Assembly (NCBI GenBank): GCA_964252035.1
Contig: OZ176207.1
DNA: 64,000 nucleotides
Source of the DNA: Podarcis erhardii
Taxonomy: Eukaryota
Strand: one strand, 5' to 3'
Each line of letters opens with the position of its first letter. Within the stretch, counting starts at the first letter, position 1. Below, piece by piece: positions 10,813 to 24,011 of this stretch. A program made the position numbers and the translations under genes. The notes beneath the pieces are model-generated. The model was given only the letters and a program-made list of their open reading frames with translations, was not told the DNA's origin and ran no database searches.

Positions 10813-11484
10813 AGGATGTTATGGATACAGTGAACAAGCCTATGAAAAGGTGTAAAACAAAATAGAATAGTTTATGCTATAACTTAGAAAGTAAAAACTT
10901 GTGTGGAGTGGTGCTGAGGACAAGTGAACCGCCTTGAGATCTTATTAAGAAGAGTAGTATATTCATCTAATAAATAAGCTCAAAAGCTTGACTTTGCCAA
11001 TAGCTACAGTCTTCTTTCATCTAATTCTTCGTGAATTGAGCTACTTTGGACATGGCAGTGAGCTTAGCTTTAATGCTGGATTAGGTGTCTCAGCTTTAGA
11101 TTCCATAATGAAAAACAAACTTTTCCATAGATCTTCCTTTCTGTTGGACGGTCAAGGATCTTTTGTTTACTGTTTGCTATATAAAGGACTAAAAGGCTAA
11201 CAGTGATTGGAAACTAATTGTAGAAATCCATTGGATTTTTATTTTTATTTTTACTGGTTGCTGGATTGATATTTCTTCCCAGAAACCTTGTAAAGGCCTC
11301 ATGCTGAGCTGCACGTACTGGGAAAATCAGAAATTAGGCCTGTTACAGCAGAGCCAGCCAGCCAGCCAACTGTAGATTGCACAGCAGTGTTTTTATTCCT
11401 CTAGGCTTGTTTTCATCCTTTGCCGTCTAGCATCACAAGAAAAAGAAGAAGAAAATGATTTTGAGTATATTGAGTGCTTTAAAG

Positions 11485-11620
11485 CAGTGTTTCCCAGCCT
11501 TGGGTCGCCATCTGTTTTTGGACTACAACTCCCATCATCCCTAGCTAGCAAGACCAGTGGTCAGGGATGATGGGAACTGTAGTCCAAAAAAAGCTGGAGA
11601 CCCAAGGTTGGGAAACACTG
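11485..11620. mobile_element. 136-bp palindromic hAT MITE
   Basis: Arms cagtgtttcccagccttgggtc / gacccaaggttgggaaacactg; perfect 8-bp TSD ctttaaag. Confidence 0.92.
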
Positions 11621-12729
11621 CTTTAAAGGACTGAAGAATTACTTTGGGGTAGATGTATTTTAGCTCGCTTTAGGTTGCCTCATTATTTCACCTTTTTGCA
11701 ATAAGTGCCCAGTCCTTCTCTACTCATCATAATAACTGCAGAATAAACTAACCCTCACTTCTTACAACAAGCACTCAAACATTCTTCTTGATTGCTGGCT
11801 GGGTAGACAACACAACTAAAGCTGAAAAACAGAGCAAAGGAAAGTCCAAGTGGTGGAATGTAACTTTAGCTCATAATACAAATTTAAATATTGATCTCTT
11901 TTGAGTTAAATTACTGTAGGGGCTGTTTTTCTGCAGGATCACTTAATTAAATGGTTATTGTGATCATGAAGAATCTACCCTCAGTCAGGGAAAGTCTTTG
12001 GGGGCTTTTCTAGATGAGGCTTTTGTTGTGTACTCATCCTGCTTTCTTCAGTGAGTTTTTCAGCAGTCCTGTCTTAAATTGCTTCTGTTGTTAAAATGAG
12101 CTTTCATTCTTTAAATAGAGGCTGTCAATTGTTATGTCACAAATAATTTCCCCCCAAAAAACATATATCCTTGGAATGGTGTGGGAATAAAGCAGAATTC
12201 TGGGTGATGGTGCTCTCATCTGCCCCACCCTGGCTAGAAGGCTGTTGTAAGACAACTGCTCATTTCCCAGTGGCAGGGCACTTGCTGCTGAACAGGCAGA
12301 CATGTTAACAGTAAGGTTGGCCCAAGTAGGTAAGGAGGGGCATACATAAAATGAGGCTGAATTCATTTGTGCACAGCTGTTCCGGCTGGGGCCAATGGGA
12401 ATTGTAATCTAAAACAGTGTTTGGAATTCACCAGGCGCATTTTGCACCTGGCTATTGGCCACTTGCGACCAAGTGAAGATGCCCGGGCACCAGGATGGCA
12501 CCTGATGTCTTCACCATCTAGAGGTCCATGCCTGGGGATCCTTGGATCTTGGCTGTTTTCACACACTAGCAGCACATCCTATCCATTATATTTTATCTGC
12601 AGCATCAGAGTGAATTTCAGGAACCAAAAAGTTGTATTGAAAAATATGACTGTCAAGCCGCCTGGCCCCCAAATGACAACTAGGTACCCCATTTTAGTGA
12701 CTGTAACCCTGGTTTAAGGTCATGTGGGT

Positions 12730-13015
12730 GTCCCAGCTCCTGCCAACCTACGAGTTCGAAAGCATACCAGCGCGAGTAGATGAATAGGTGCCGCTACGGC
12801 AGGAAGGTAAACAGTGTTTCTGTGCACTCTGGCACCAGTCACGGTGTCCCATTGTGCCAGAAGCGGTTTAGTCATGCTGGCCACATGACCCAGAAAGCTG
12901 TCTGCAGACCAACGCTGGCTCCCTTGAACTGAAAGCAGAGATGAGTGCTTTACCTCATAGTCGAATTCGCCTGGACTGAACTGTCCAGGAGTCATTTACC
13001 TTTACCTTTTTACCT
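12730..13015 (+). mobile_element. Sauria SINE, 5'-truncated
   Basis: gtcccagctcctgccaaccta...gccagaagcggtttagtcatgctggccacatgacccagaaagctg...tttacctttacc. Confidence 0.88.
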
Positions 13016-13731
13016 TAAGGAGCCATTTGTTGTTCAGCTTATATATCTGAGTTTCTAACACTCACCTGGGGGCTACCAAGTTGGCAAAGGCAGGTGTATT
13101 GTGTGATCAAACCAAAAGAAAGATGGGTACATTATACATGCTTTACCTCCTTGCAAATCGTGTATTTCAAGGTGTGTTTGAAGTTACTTATGCAAGAAGA
13201 CCAGTGCATAATGAAGAAAACAGAAAATATCCATGGTTCAGCTCTTATGTTGTCTTGTTCATATAATGCTTTGAATTTATATTGTGCTTTATAAAGTAGA
13301 ATACGACAGGCTCCCTTCTAAAACCACTTTAAGTTTATCACACAAAGTGAGGGACAACGACGACAAAGTAAAAGTAAACAGGGGAAGAACATGCACTTGT
13401 TTCAATTGTATGTACTTGAGTTTAGTAGTATGGCAGCCAAGGGATTTCGACAAAGACTTCATGCAAAAGGTGGACTTTGCAGAGGAATTTGAAGGAAGTC
13501 AGGTTGGCATCAGACAGGTACCAGGCACTGCAAGAGGGCAGAGTTTGAGGCACAGGAGAACTACAGATAATGGAGTGCTAGAGCTATAAGAGCAAAGAAT
13601 ATGTTGGCTAGGAGAGTGGTGACATAAAGGGGTGCTTGGCAACCCTGGTAGATGAGTCCATTTTTAAAGCTGCTAACCAAATGCTATTTATGCATTTGTT
13701 AAGGTCATGGTCTGAAGGCACATGAGGCCTC

Positions 13732-13933
13732 TACCTTGGTTTGCAACTGTTTTGGATTACAACCATTTTGGATTACAACCACGTCAAACCTGGAAGTGTG
13801 TGTCCCTTTTTTTGGATTACAACCCGTTTTTTTGGGAGGCCCCATTGGCGAAAGTGCGCCTTGGGTTACAACCTGTTTTGGTTTACAACTGGTCCTCCAG
13901 AACAGATTATGGTTGTAAACCAAGGTACCACTG
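13732..13933. mobile_element. Tc1/mariner MITE with eroded left TIR
   Basis: Right TIR gtaaaccaaggtaccactg followed by TA; left end starts taccttggtttgcaac. Internal ttttgg(a/t)ttacaac repeats. Confidence 0.75.
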
Positions 13934-14253
13934 TACCTTGCTTATGCTAAGCATATCTGGCTCTGTTCAGTACCTGGATGAGTGATTGCCTTGGAATAGC
14001 ATGTATTGGGTTGCAAGACAGAAAATCAGTGGAATATAAATGGAAGAGAATTAGAACAATATTCATAACTTGACCTGTCTCTTGACGACTGGAAATCTCA
14101 GCTACTAATCTGGTTCTGAGGTTTCACTCACCATGAGCATTTGTTGTATCATTATAAACAGATCTATTAATAGCCAAAGTAAATTTTAGTCAGAAATGTG
14201 TTGCTTTGACTGAAACTTATTAATGCTAAAAGATCCTTTGTTTTCTCTTGCAG

Positions 14254-14298
14254 GTTAAGGGAAGTTTCAGAGAAGCTCAACAAATACAACTTAAACAG
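14254..14298 (+). CDS. UBR5: UBR5 exon 2
   Basis: LREVSEKLNKYNLN; cag| acceptor, AG|gtgaga donor. Confidence 0.97.
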
Positions 14299-14347
14299 GT
14301 GAGATAGCGTTATAGGCTATAACTTCAAAGGAAGAGTAACTTTAGGG

Positions 14348-14485
14348 CAACTTTCCCCAACTTTGGGTCTTCCAGAATATTGTTGGACTGTGGAACCCAT
14401 CATTCCTAGCTAGTATGGCCAGTGATAAGGAATGATGGGAACTGTAGTCCAACAAAATTGGAGGACTTGAGGTTGGATAAAGCTG
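14348..14485. mobile_element. Degenerate palindromic hAT MITE (same core as 10635/11485)
   Basis: cccatcattcctagctagtatggccagtgataaggaatgatgggaactgtagtccaa core; TSD degraded. Confidence 0.7.
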
Positions 14486-15189
14486 CTTAGTTGTTCAGTG
14501 TTCGTATTCACCATTTCCAGAATTAGTAACTTTGTCTCTACATTAGTTTCACTACTTGCCTAACTACATAAGTCTTGTTGCCCAATTAAATGCAGAAAGG
14601 AAGAGCTCCTGGTGTACTTATGATGGACAAAGTGCCATGTGGATGTGGTTTTCTATTTCATTGGTATCCAAATTAATTATTTGATCTTGGGGGTTTTTTG
14701 TCTTGTTTTAAATGTCTTGTTTGTTTTTCTGTTCTTAACTGTTTTTAATTATGTATAAATCACCTAAGACGGTTGTTCAGAAGGTGATTAGTAAATCAGT
14801 ATTGGTGATGATGATAATTGGAGTTTAGCATTAAAAATGAGTTTAGCACTTAAATGAATTGAAGTGCATAGGCAGGGTTAAAACTGGCTGCTGCTGTATA
14901 TTTCACAGCTATTGCTAGAAAATAGCACTTGGGGAACACCGCTTCATAAAGATATGTATTGGAAAATACATTATTGAAATATAGTATAATGTTCCCTGGT
15001 GGCTTTTAACATTTTGTTCTTTTTTGTCTTATGGCTGAAAATACATTGGGTTGCTGCAACTAATGTTCATCTTTAATCAGTTTCAGATGTTACAGCTATA
15101 TTCATTATACATTCCATATGCCACTTGGTTTATTTCTCAGAGTTAAGGAGTCTTTAAAAATGTTACCCTTGCTTGCTTTTTGTTTTCAG

Positions 15190-15271
15190 CCACCCCCCTT
15201 TGAATGTATTGGAGCAGGCCACTATTAAACAATGTGTGGTGGGACCAAATCATGCTGCATTTCTCCTTGAG
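15190..15271 (+). CDS. UBR5: UBR5 exon 3
   Basis: HPPLNVLEQATIKQCVVGPNHAAFLLE; AG/GT flanks. Confidence 0.97.
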
Positions 15272-15449
15272 GTAATTTGTTCAAAATACGTTTGACAAAA
15301 ATATTGTGCTGATACTTAATTCATATAGTTAAATATAGTTTTCCCAATCTCAGTTAGACCAACTTGACCCACAGCTGAAAACTTTTATTTTTTGCATAAT
15401 TAAAGTTTAGTATTGTTTCAATATTGGACACTCTCTCTTTTAAATCTAG

Positions 15450-15526
15450 GATGGTAGAGTCTGCAGGATTGGCTTTTTAGTTCAGCCAGACAGATTGGAA
15501 TTGGGTAAACCTGATAATAATGATGG
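15450..15526 (+). CDS. UBR5: UBR5 exon 4
   Basis: DGRVCRIGFLVQPDRLELGKPDNND; AG/GT flanks. Confidence 0.97.
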
Positions 15527-16291
15527 GTAAGGACTGCTTTTGTTGTGTATTTAAGAAGTATCTAACAAATTTCTCCTGGTATTTTGATTCTGAACCGTCA
15601 ACAGAATTGAAAATGGGAGGTGGGAGAACCATATTTTTGGGTGTCTTGCTTTAGCAAACTGGTAATGGCTGTACAGAGCTTAGCAAAATTAAGGCCAGTC
15701 TAATGACTTATTTTATATTAAATGATGAGAACGGAATCTTACAATCCTAAATATAGGTGCCATAACGAGTTACTTCAGATCATTTATTTCAGTAATCACT
15801 CAAGTTTGAGATTACATTTTTACATATTTACCACTTGCTAGGGTATGTTTTCTGGATCTACATTGTTATTATTTGACTCAAAATTAATTTTTTGGGAACT
15901 ATTATCAGATATGTTTAATGTTTGGTTTAAACAGGTTTTTGGGCATTACATTAACTCACGATTATATTAATTTATAATCTAATGCATATTCATTCATTTA
16001 TATAGACACTTCACAATCTTACCATAATTCCTGACACTGAGTTGTTGTTTTTTTTAAGTAGGACATCATTTTGTCAACCACCAAATTCATTAGGCATGCT
16101 TCACATGCCTTTTCTTTTTCCATATTAGATCATCATATACTGCAGCTAAGTATGGAAGATTCCCCAAGGGTGTTGCTTAAGCTGGTGTGTTACCAGACTA
16201 AGTCCCTGATAATTTAAACCTGGGATTCCAGGCTTTGTTCGTAAGCCATTTGGGATTGTATTGTGACTGATCTACCATCTTTTACTTTCAG

Positions 16292-16411
16292 TTCAAAGTT
16301 GAGCAGTGGCTCAGGGGCAGGAAGGACATCCAGGCCAGGCAGAACTAGTGATTCCCCATGGTTTCTGTCTGGTTCTGAAACTCTGGGCAGACTGGCAGGC
16401 AACACCCTTGG
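16292..16411 (+). CDS. UBR5: UBR5 exon 5
   Basis: SKLSSGSGAGRTSRPGRTSDSPWFLSGSETLGRLAGNTL; AG/GT flanks. Confidence 0.96.
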
Positions 16412-17683
16412 GTAAGTTTTGATAGGGTTGAGGCTACCATCTGTTTGCGCTTGGTTATGTGTGGCTACACATAACATTGTCTCCCGTATGTATAAGACCA
16501 CCGAAATGCAGAAGTAGTTTAGCTAGCTTTTTGGAAAAATGCTATTAAGCTGTTAAGTTTGGAATGTTAAATCTACAATTGCAAGCAATCTAATTTACTT
16601 TAACTGTAATAAAAACATGTCTGCTACTGTGGGTAGTCCTTTTAGATCTCCCCCCCCCCCGAATAACAATGACTTCATTTTAGGGGAACATAATTGACTC
16701 AAAATGTTGCATGAATCTACTTTGTAGTACGGGACTAAAATTAAAAATACAAAGGAAAACATTTGTAGGAAAAATATCTGCATGTGTGTCATGACCTGTA
16801 TTCGGACATTTTTGTTATTTACCGGTATGTTGTTGAAGAAAGTTAGCATGATTTAGAAGTAAACAGAGGATTTCTAGTTAAACCTGCTGCATTTGTATCA
16901 CATCAGCAACAATTGTTAGTATCTTCTCAAGAATGTTTCACTACTTCAGTTTCAAGCTATCTGAACAGCCTCACATTTGGATTGTGCCAAGTGTATTCAG
17001 TTAATAAAACATATTAAAACAAGCCATACCTTCAGCCTAGAAAAAGAAAAAAAGCATAAATAATATCCTACATTTCCACTAATACAAATATTTCAAAATA
17101 AATTACCGCTTATTATTGGTAAAGATATTTATATTGTGCCCTTTCTTCCCAAGGAGATCATTACTGGAAGGATGACTATTTCTGAAGCAATTCATAATTT
17201 TAACCAATATATGGCCATTAAGATGTGGTAGTATTTAAACGTTTTGCATAGAAAATGTCATATTTAATAGGGGGAGTTTTGTTTTAATTATAGTGTAGCG
17301 GTCTGATTCTGTAACTCAGAACGTATGGCTCTTGGTTATGAAAACATAAGCATATTGATCTTTTGCACATGTATGCAATGACTTCATTGTTAATAATTTC
17401 AGAAGTTGGCTGGAATGTAGAATAAAAATAAAAGCTGAAAGTAAAGAAGTACATCTTAATGCAAACTAGCTTGTGAATTTATATTCTTTGGAGTCTTTTA
17501 AAGAAATTGCATTTGCAAAACTGCTGTACAGAAAAGATCCTATTGTATCAAACATTCTAGCTTCATTTTAAAAGGCTAGTGTACATGGCTAGTGTACTGT
17601 AGTCAACAGTTAAATTCAGATACATGATAGCTTGTAAAATAGCTCAAACACATAAATCTATTGCCATTTTTAAAATTCCTCAG

Positions 17684-17873
17684 GAGTCGCTGGAGCTCGG
17701 GTGTCGGGGGAAGTGGAGGAGGATCCTCTGGTAGATCATCAGCTGGAGCTAGAGATTCCAGGAGGCAAACGCGAGTTATTCGAACAGGACGTGATAGAGG
17801 ATCTGGGCTATTGGGTAGTCAGCCCCAGCCAGTGATTCCAGCATCTGTTATTCCAGAAGAACTCATTTCACAG
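17684..17873 (+). CDS. UBR5: UBR5 exon 6 (Gly/Ser-rich, start of UBA region)
   Basis: SRWSSGVGGSGGGSSG...VIPEELISQ; AG/GT flanks. Confidence 0.97.
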
Positions 17874-19749
17874 GTATGAATCTTTCTTGTGATGAAATAT
17901 TTCAAATTTGTGGAAAATGAGTAACTGGGAGATGCTTGCTTATTTATTTATTTATTTTGCAAGTTTCTTACATATGTGTGTATATATATTGGAGGAAGGT
18001 GGAATGCTTCTGTGCCCTTAGACGTTCACAATGTTTGGAAACATGAGAAAAGGCAGAGTACCTGCATCAGATTCATGTAAAGCTAAGGTTGACTGTGAGC
18101 ACATTTTGGTTTGTGGTCTTGGGACTGAAATATTTTGAGTCAGCCTTTGAAAAACACCTGGCCCAAATTTCAGTGAATAAAGAAATAAACACCACCCATA
18201 ATGCAAGTCACTTAATGTTCGAAAATTTGAAAACACATTTGTGTTGACTATTCTCTAAAGATTAGCAGGCAGACTACAGATTATTGAGAAGGAACAATTT
18301 CTGTTGACATGAGGGTTAGCAAGAATTTTAAAAGTAGGTTAGTTGGTTAGTATTTCTTTAGTATTGTGTAAAGATGATGGAGCTTGTTGTTCAGGCCTTT
18401 GAGACTAGTCTAATTGGCCCTGGACCCCCAGGGATAATTGATAATTGCTCTGAGATTACTTTCTGTTTCCTATAATGCCTGTGGGTAAATTTCTTCAGAC
18501 ACTGCACACGTTTGTATTATTTTTATGCTTTCTTTCTGTTGGTATCTTCCTCAACCCCCACCAGGGCACCAGAACACTTTGATTTTATTCACATTAAGTT
18601 GTTAACTAATATTCTCTAATGGTAAATTCACATCTCCCTTGTAAATTGATAATCACTTTTCTATTTTCTAATTTTAATTTATTTATAAGAGGCAGATTTT
18701 GTGCTATATGACACACACTGACATATTCAATATAGCCAAGGAACAGAGAAGCACAACGGTCCCTGAAAATCATTTTTATCTGGCAGGATATTTATCCTTG
18801 CCGTATCTGTACCGAGTTACTGAAATGGCATACTTCATTAAAAATAAACTACTATATAATCATACTTTAAAAAACCAAACAGCAAATATCCAAAAGAAAT
18901 AATGTGTCAGGTAAAAATATGTCAGATGAAATATCTCCAGCCTCTTAGATCAAAGCCTCCCCGAACGACTTTTTTTTTTTTTTTTCAAATGTTGCATAAG
19001 TTTTTATTCTGGGCACTGCTATGGTGAACTCACTTCCTTGTGCCCCAGCCAGCCTCACCTCTGAAGCCACATGAGCAGAAGGGCCTCCCCTGGCAATTTG
19101 AGCACATGTTTAATGTGGTAGTAGATGATTCTTCCAAATTCTGGACCGTGTTCTCACATTTGTTACCTGCCTAGCATGATTTGAAAGTAAATAAACAGCT
19201 GCTGTCAGAAGTTTTGGCATGCCCATTCTCCTGGCAAGGGGCTGCAGAGGTTTGGCTTGGCAGGGGTCAGAATCTCACTCCTTCCACCTACTTCGAGAGG
19301 AGTCCTGAATCACCCATATATATACACTGTGTGCCGTGAGCTTTGAGGCAAGGGTGGCATGAATCTTTCATGTCTTTGCTGGAGGCTTCTTCCTGGAAGA
19401 CTGGGTATAAGAAAGTTATTATTAAGGATGCCCCCAAAAAGGAACATCAGCAGCCTCTTTAAAAGTAGCCTGTGGACTGGAGCGAAGGAATGTTTAAGCA
19501 GCAAAGAATAGAAATAAGCAATAGATTTTTATTTTTACAGATTTATAAACTGCTCCACAGCCAGAAGTTACTGAGACTTCACATTACTTACTAGCATTAT
19601 CCAAAACCAGCCTGTTTACCTTTTTCCAGTTAAACATGATATCTGCTTATATTGAGTATATTGTTGACTTCTACTACTCCAGAAATATTTGTTTCTGTTG
19701 ATGAAAATTACAATGTTACATTGTTTAAAATGCATTCTATTTTGTATAG

Positions 19750-19909
19750 GCACAAGTTGTTTTACAAGGAAAATCTAGGAGTGTAATTATCAGAGAGCTC
19801 CAGCGGACAAATCTTGATGTAAATCTTGCAGTCAACAACTTGCTGAGCCGTGATGATGAAGATGGGGATGATGGTGACGACACAGCGAGTGAATCTTACC
19901 TTCCTGGAG
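19750..19909 (+). CDS. UBR5: UBR5 exon 7 (UBA domain)
   Basis: [38 protein letters not shown]...YLPG; AG/GT flanks. Confidence 0.97.
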
Positions 19910-20227
19910 GTTTGTATTGGGCAATGTTTCCTTGTTTTCATCATTAAAAGCAATATTAAGTTATTCTGTCAAAGTGCAATAGACTTTCAGTTTGCAGTAC
20001 TGGTAAAGAGTTAGCCTTGTGTTCTTTGCTATGTGCCTTATGGAGATACAGAAATATTGATTGCTCTTTGGTTCCAGTAAATAAGAGAGAAAGTAATAGG
20101 CAAGACAAAAATAAGGTTAACTTGTATGGAAGTGAATGTCTTGAGTTAAGTTATTGGATTTGAAGCAACAGTTCAGAGGTCTGGTATAACGAAAGCTTGT
20201 ACATACTTTGACCGTCATCATTTATCC

Positions 20228-20339
20228 CTGTTTAGGGAAGCTTTTAATGTTTGATGTATTACAGTATTTTAGTATTTTTTTGGAAGCCACCCAGAGTGGC
20301 TGGGGAAGCCCAGCCAGATGGGCAGGGTATAAATAAAAA

Positions 20340-20390
<51 letters not shown>
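20228..20390 (+). mobile_element. LINE 3' tail (probably L2 clade) ending in an (ATT)n microsatellite
   Basis: ctgtttagggaagcttttaatg...ggaagccacccagagtggctgggg...cagatgggcagggtataaat then about 17 ATT units. Related fragment at about 57585..57650. Confidence 0.7.
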
Positions 20391-20391
<1 letters not shown>

Positions 20392-22602
20392 GAGGGTCTT
20401 CCCCCAAGCGTAAAGAGCTCTTATTGCTAAGACCTTCTGTTTTGTAACTATCAGGAGACAGTTATGCTAGAACAGCTGTACACTTAAAATGTACCAGTCT
20501 TGAGTAAGTTTGCATTTTATATAATTGATAGGCATTCCTATTTGGGGCATGATTTTCCATACCTCATATGCACTTTCACACAAAGCCTCTATATGTAGAT
20601 CTCTAGACTGTATTGCTCCTCAAATACTGGAGAACCAGGGTGCACGACTTGTCTAATACAAAGGGCCACAGTGGGAAGCTTATAAAGTGGGAAGACTGTA
20701 AATAATTTGCATGTTTGTTTTGACAAGCGAAGAATTAGCAATTTTGTTTTAATATTGACAGCAGTTGACATTACTGTTGTTGTGAAAGGCTAGTGATTCA
20801 TAATGTGCGATATGCCAGGGACAAGAATTAACTTTGAGCCATGTGAAGCTCTCCTTGATAATGACTGGATACCAACCTGTGTGAACTGTTCCTGGTGGCT
20901 GTTTTTAAAAAGGTTTTTAAAAATTGTTGCATTGGTTGGTGTGCAAATTTTTGCCGCTTTGGGCCTTTTTGAATGTGTAAAGGGAAGACTATAAATATAT
21001 TCGGCTGAAATCCTAAACTAGGGAGAAGGTTCTGTTGATCATAGTAGGGCTTGCTTCTGAGTAAGCAGTCAAAAGTATTGCTCTGTTAATGCATCCAGCT
21101 TTCATGTTTCTCATTCTATAAACATGCTCTGCCTCTTGGCTTGTGCCTTGCCTTTGAGATAAGAACTATGGCAATCTCTAAACCTAGATGCTAAATTTCA
21201 TATCTTCCATAGATGCCTATTTAAAATATTAATAAAATGCCCAAGCAAAATCTTCCCTATCTGCTCCTTTCTTTCAGCTGAAGTTTTTTTCATGTCTCCA
21301 TATCTCATTCTTCTTGTCTTGAGCTTCTGTGACAGACAAAAGGAAGGGGGATGAGAGTATCTCCTACATCCCCAACCCCTTTCAAAGGCTAGTGTTCTTC
21401 TCTTAGACGGTCTTTTGCAGGGCTTGGTTTGCTTGTGTGATTTCTTGTTGTTGGGAAGAACTGAGCAAGCTCAGTGGCAGATGATTCACAGACAGGTAGA
21501 CAAAGCACCACTGTTTTTACTCATTGAAATACATATTTGAAAGCATGACTATTAAAAAAAATCCTTTATTCCTACAAAGTGTGCTTACAGTTGTAATGCT
21601 CCTGTTGCTTTGAGACATTAAATATGAATTAGGTAAAATTTACTAAAACAAAACAAAACAATTTACACAGTGATACTTTTAGACTTGACAGCACTTTTGG
21701 GTCTGGGAGGTTTATCACATCCCTTGTAAGGTTCAGTAGATGCTCAGCAAGTCCCAATTTTGAGATACAAGGCGATGGTATTCTAGGTGCACGTTGAGCC
21801 ATGTACATCTCCCCCAAAAGGTAACTGCCAGAGTTGTCTCATGTTGATAAAATATGAATGTGAAACAGTCCTGAGGCTGCATGAAAAAGGGTGCTGCTTG
21901 GAGAGCAAAGCCTTGCTGTTTAGTATTTGCCCCCCTTTCCTGGTATTCTATATACACGGAATTTTCCAGAGTTCAACATTCTGGTTTCTTTGGTTATTTA
22001 TCTTAACTTTGTGTTCTGATGGCCATTGTCACGGGAAAATACTTGGCTTCTGAGCTGCAACAGTAGTTTTGGTGTGGCTATTGGAATCTGTGTCGCAGCA
22101 CTGAAGCAAAATTATTCAGCCAGGTTACTCCATTGTTTTTACAGGAGAGTTCAGCTCTACTGTTTATTTTTAATGTGACCTTCAAATTCTCAATCATCAC
22201 TGTATCAGGGGGATTTCATATGAAATAAACATCTGTTGAAGGCTTTGAATAGTGCATTAGGAAGAGGTCAAGTGGTGGTGTGCCCTATTGGCTTTAGCTT
22301 TGTCTAGGTATATTTCAGAGGTAATAGTTCACAGATAGATAGTGAAATAAGTGTTGTTGTTTTTAGCATCTTTAGATTTTGGGCTTGTTTCAGTTACATA
22401 TGTAGATTTATCCAGCTGGGTATTTGGTGATATCTGTGTAAGGAATGTTTTGTTTGGTACGTAGTACTGGCACCTCTTTTTGTTGTTGTTAAAAAGTGTG
22501 GCACTTAACTGTAACAGCTTCATGGTGAGTACTAGCACCTATTTTTCTAGACAAAAAGCGCTGATTACTAGTAATTTAAATTTTCAACCCTTTTTTTTAG
22601 AG

Positions 22603-22705
22603 CAAGGGTGAGGAAGCTGTGGCCATCCAGATCTTGTTGGAGTGAAATTTCCATTGGCCATGTAGTCCCAACATCATCTGTAGGGCCACAGATTCTTCAT
22701 CCTTG
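22603..22705. mobile_element. Internally deleted palindromic hAT MITE
   Basis: Arms caagggtgaggaagctgtggcc / ggccacagattcttcatccttg; flanks ttttagag / (t)tcttagag. Confidence 0.6.
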
Positions 22706-22714
22706 TTCTTAGAG

Positions 22715-22937
22715 CAAGGATTCCCAAATCATTGTCTGTGGACCACAAGTGGTCTGCAAGCTTTATTCAGGTACCCTGTGATATGTGAGTAAAAACACAG
22801 TTACAAATCATATAGCATTGGGCACAGCACATTACAGTTGCTACAACAGGCAGAAAAATTAAGAAGTGGTCTGCCAAGACCCTCAGCAACTTTCAAGTGG
22901 TTTGTGGGGATTATTTTTGGGGGGTGGGGAACTACTG
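22715..22937. mobile_element. hAT-like non-autonomous element adjacent to the previous MITE
   Basis: Ends caaggattcccaaa / ggggaactactg; flanks tcttagag / ttctagag. Confidence 0.55.
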
Positions 22938-24011
22938 TTCTAGAGGATGCCATGTGCAGAGAAGCTGAAAGTAATTAGTGTTGAGGTTGTGATTCTTAGG
23001 ATGGACGCTGAAAGGATTGCATAAACCTATGTTTTCTTGACTTAGTGGAGGGATCCCTGGGATGGTGCAAGGTACCAGTGAAGGACATTTTGGGTGAGGG
23101 AGGAAAGAAGCTGAAAACAATTTTGCATGTTTAATTGGTATCAGATGTATGAAAACATCAGGGTTTCTCAAAGTTAAAGTGGCAGTCTCAATGAGATTAC
23201 CAGTACTTTAAAAGAGAGATGTCCACAATGGGTAGACGCATTCAGTGCATCTAGATGAGTACCCATAGCAAGGCTTGTGGTTGGGAATGTCTGTAGAAAG
23301 CCTAGTTAATGTAATAAGCGGGGTGTGATTTTATAGAGCTTGAAAAACACTGCCAGAAATATAAAAATATATCGGCTGTCAATGTGGACAGCATTTCCTG
23401 CTTTGTGTTGGAAAATAAATTTAATAGAATTTAACAGAAAGTCAGGAAGGCAGATACTTTTTTCCAGCACCTAAGGTAGGATATTTATCATTTCAAGATG
23501 GAGTATTAAAAGACAGGGCACTGTGCTACCATTAAAATCAGTTACTTCATGATAGAAAAGATAGAGTTTGTTGGGGGGGGCATGCTTATGAGTTCTTGCA
23601 GAAGTTATTAGCAGATTCTGTTAAAAATGACATTTTCCAGTTTAGGAAGTTATTGTCTTAGTAATAGGCAAACATGAGCTTTATTCTCTTTGGAGGAAGT
23701 CTTATCTGCTTTCTTCTGGAACATAAACTTATTGAGCCTTGTTCTTTTTATATTGTTTAACCGCTTCCAGCTTTGAACCATTTCTGGATTAGTTTACACC
23801 AAGCAGTTGATATAGCTAACATTGGTTTCTTAAATCAGGACATTTTGCTTGATCGCATATGTGAGCAGTAGGCAATACATCCGTACGGTAGGGAATCTGA
23901 AGAACAGAACATCAGTTTTTGTTGGTGGATTTGTCTTGTTTGGTGATGGTCTTTCAAGATGATATTTCAAGTAGCTGATAATTCACCTCAGATCCTTGTC
24001 TCCTCTTATAG

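Noticed and set aside
13067-13647. Possible TIR element (ggggctaccaag / cttggcaaccct) containing the 101-aa ORF 13284..13589
   Set aside because: The TIR match is only about 9/12 with no TSD, and the ORF has no recognisable motif.
13705-13985. Short repeated ttttggattacaac units resembling a CRISPR-like array; repetitive ORFs
   Set aside because: Irregular spacing inside a Tc1/mariner MITE in a vertebrate intron; these are subterminal transposon repeats.
20222-20407. Poly-Ile ORF on the minus strand
   Set aside because: It is simply the (ATT)n LINE tail microsatellite.
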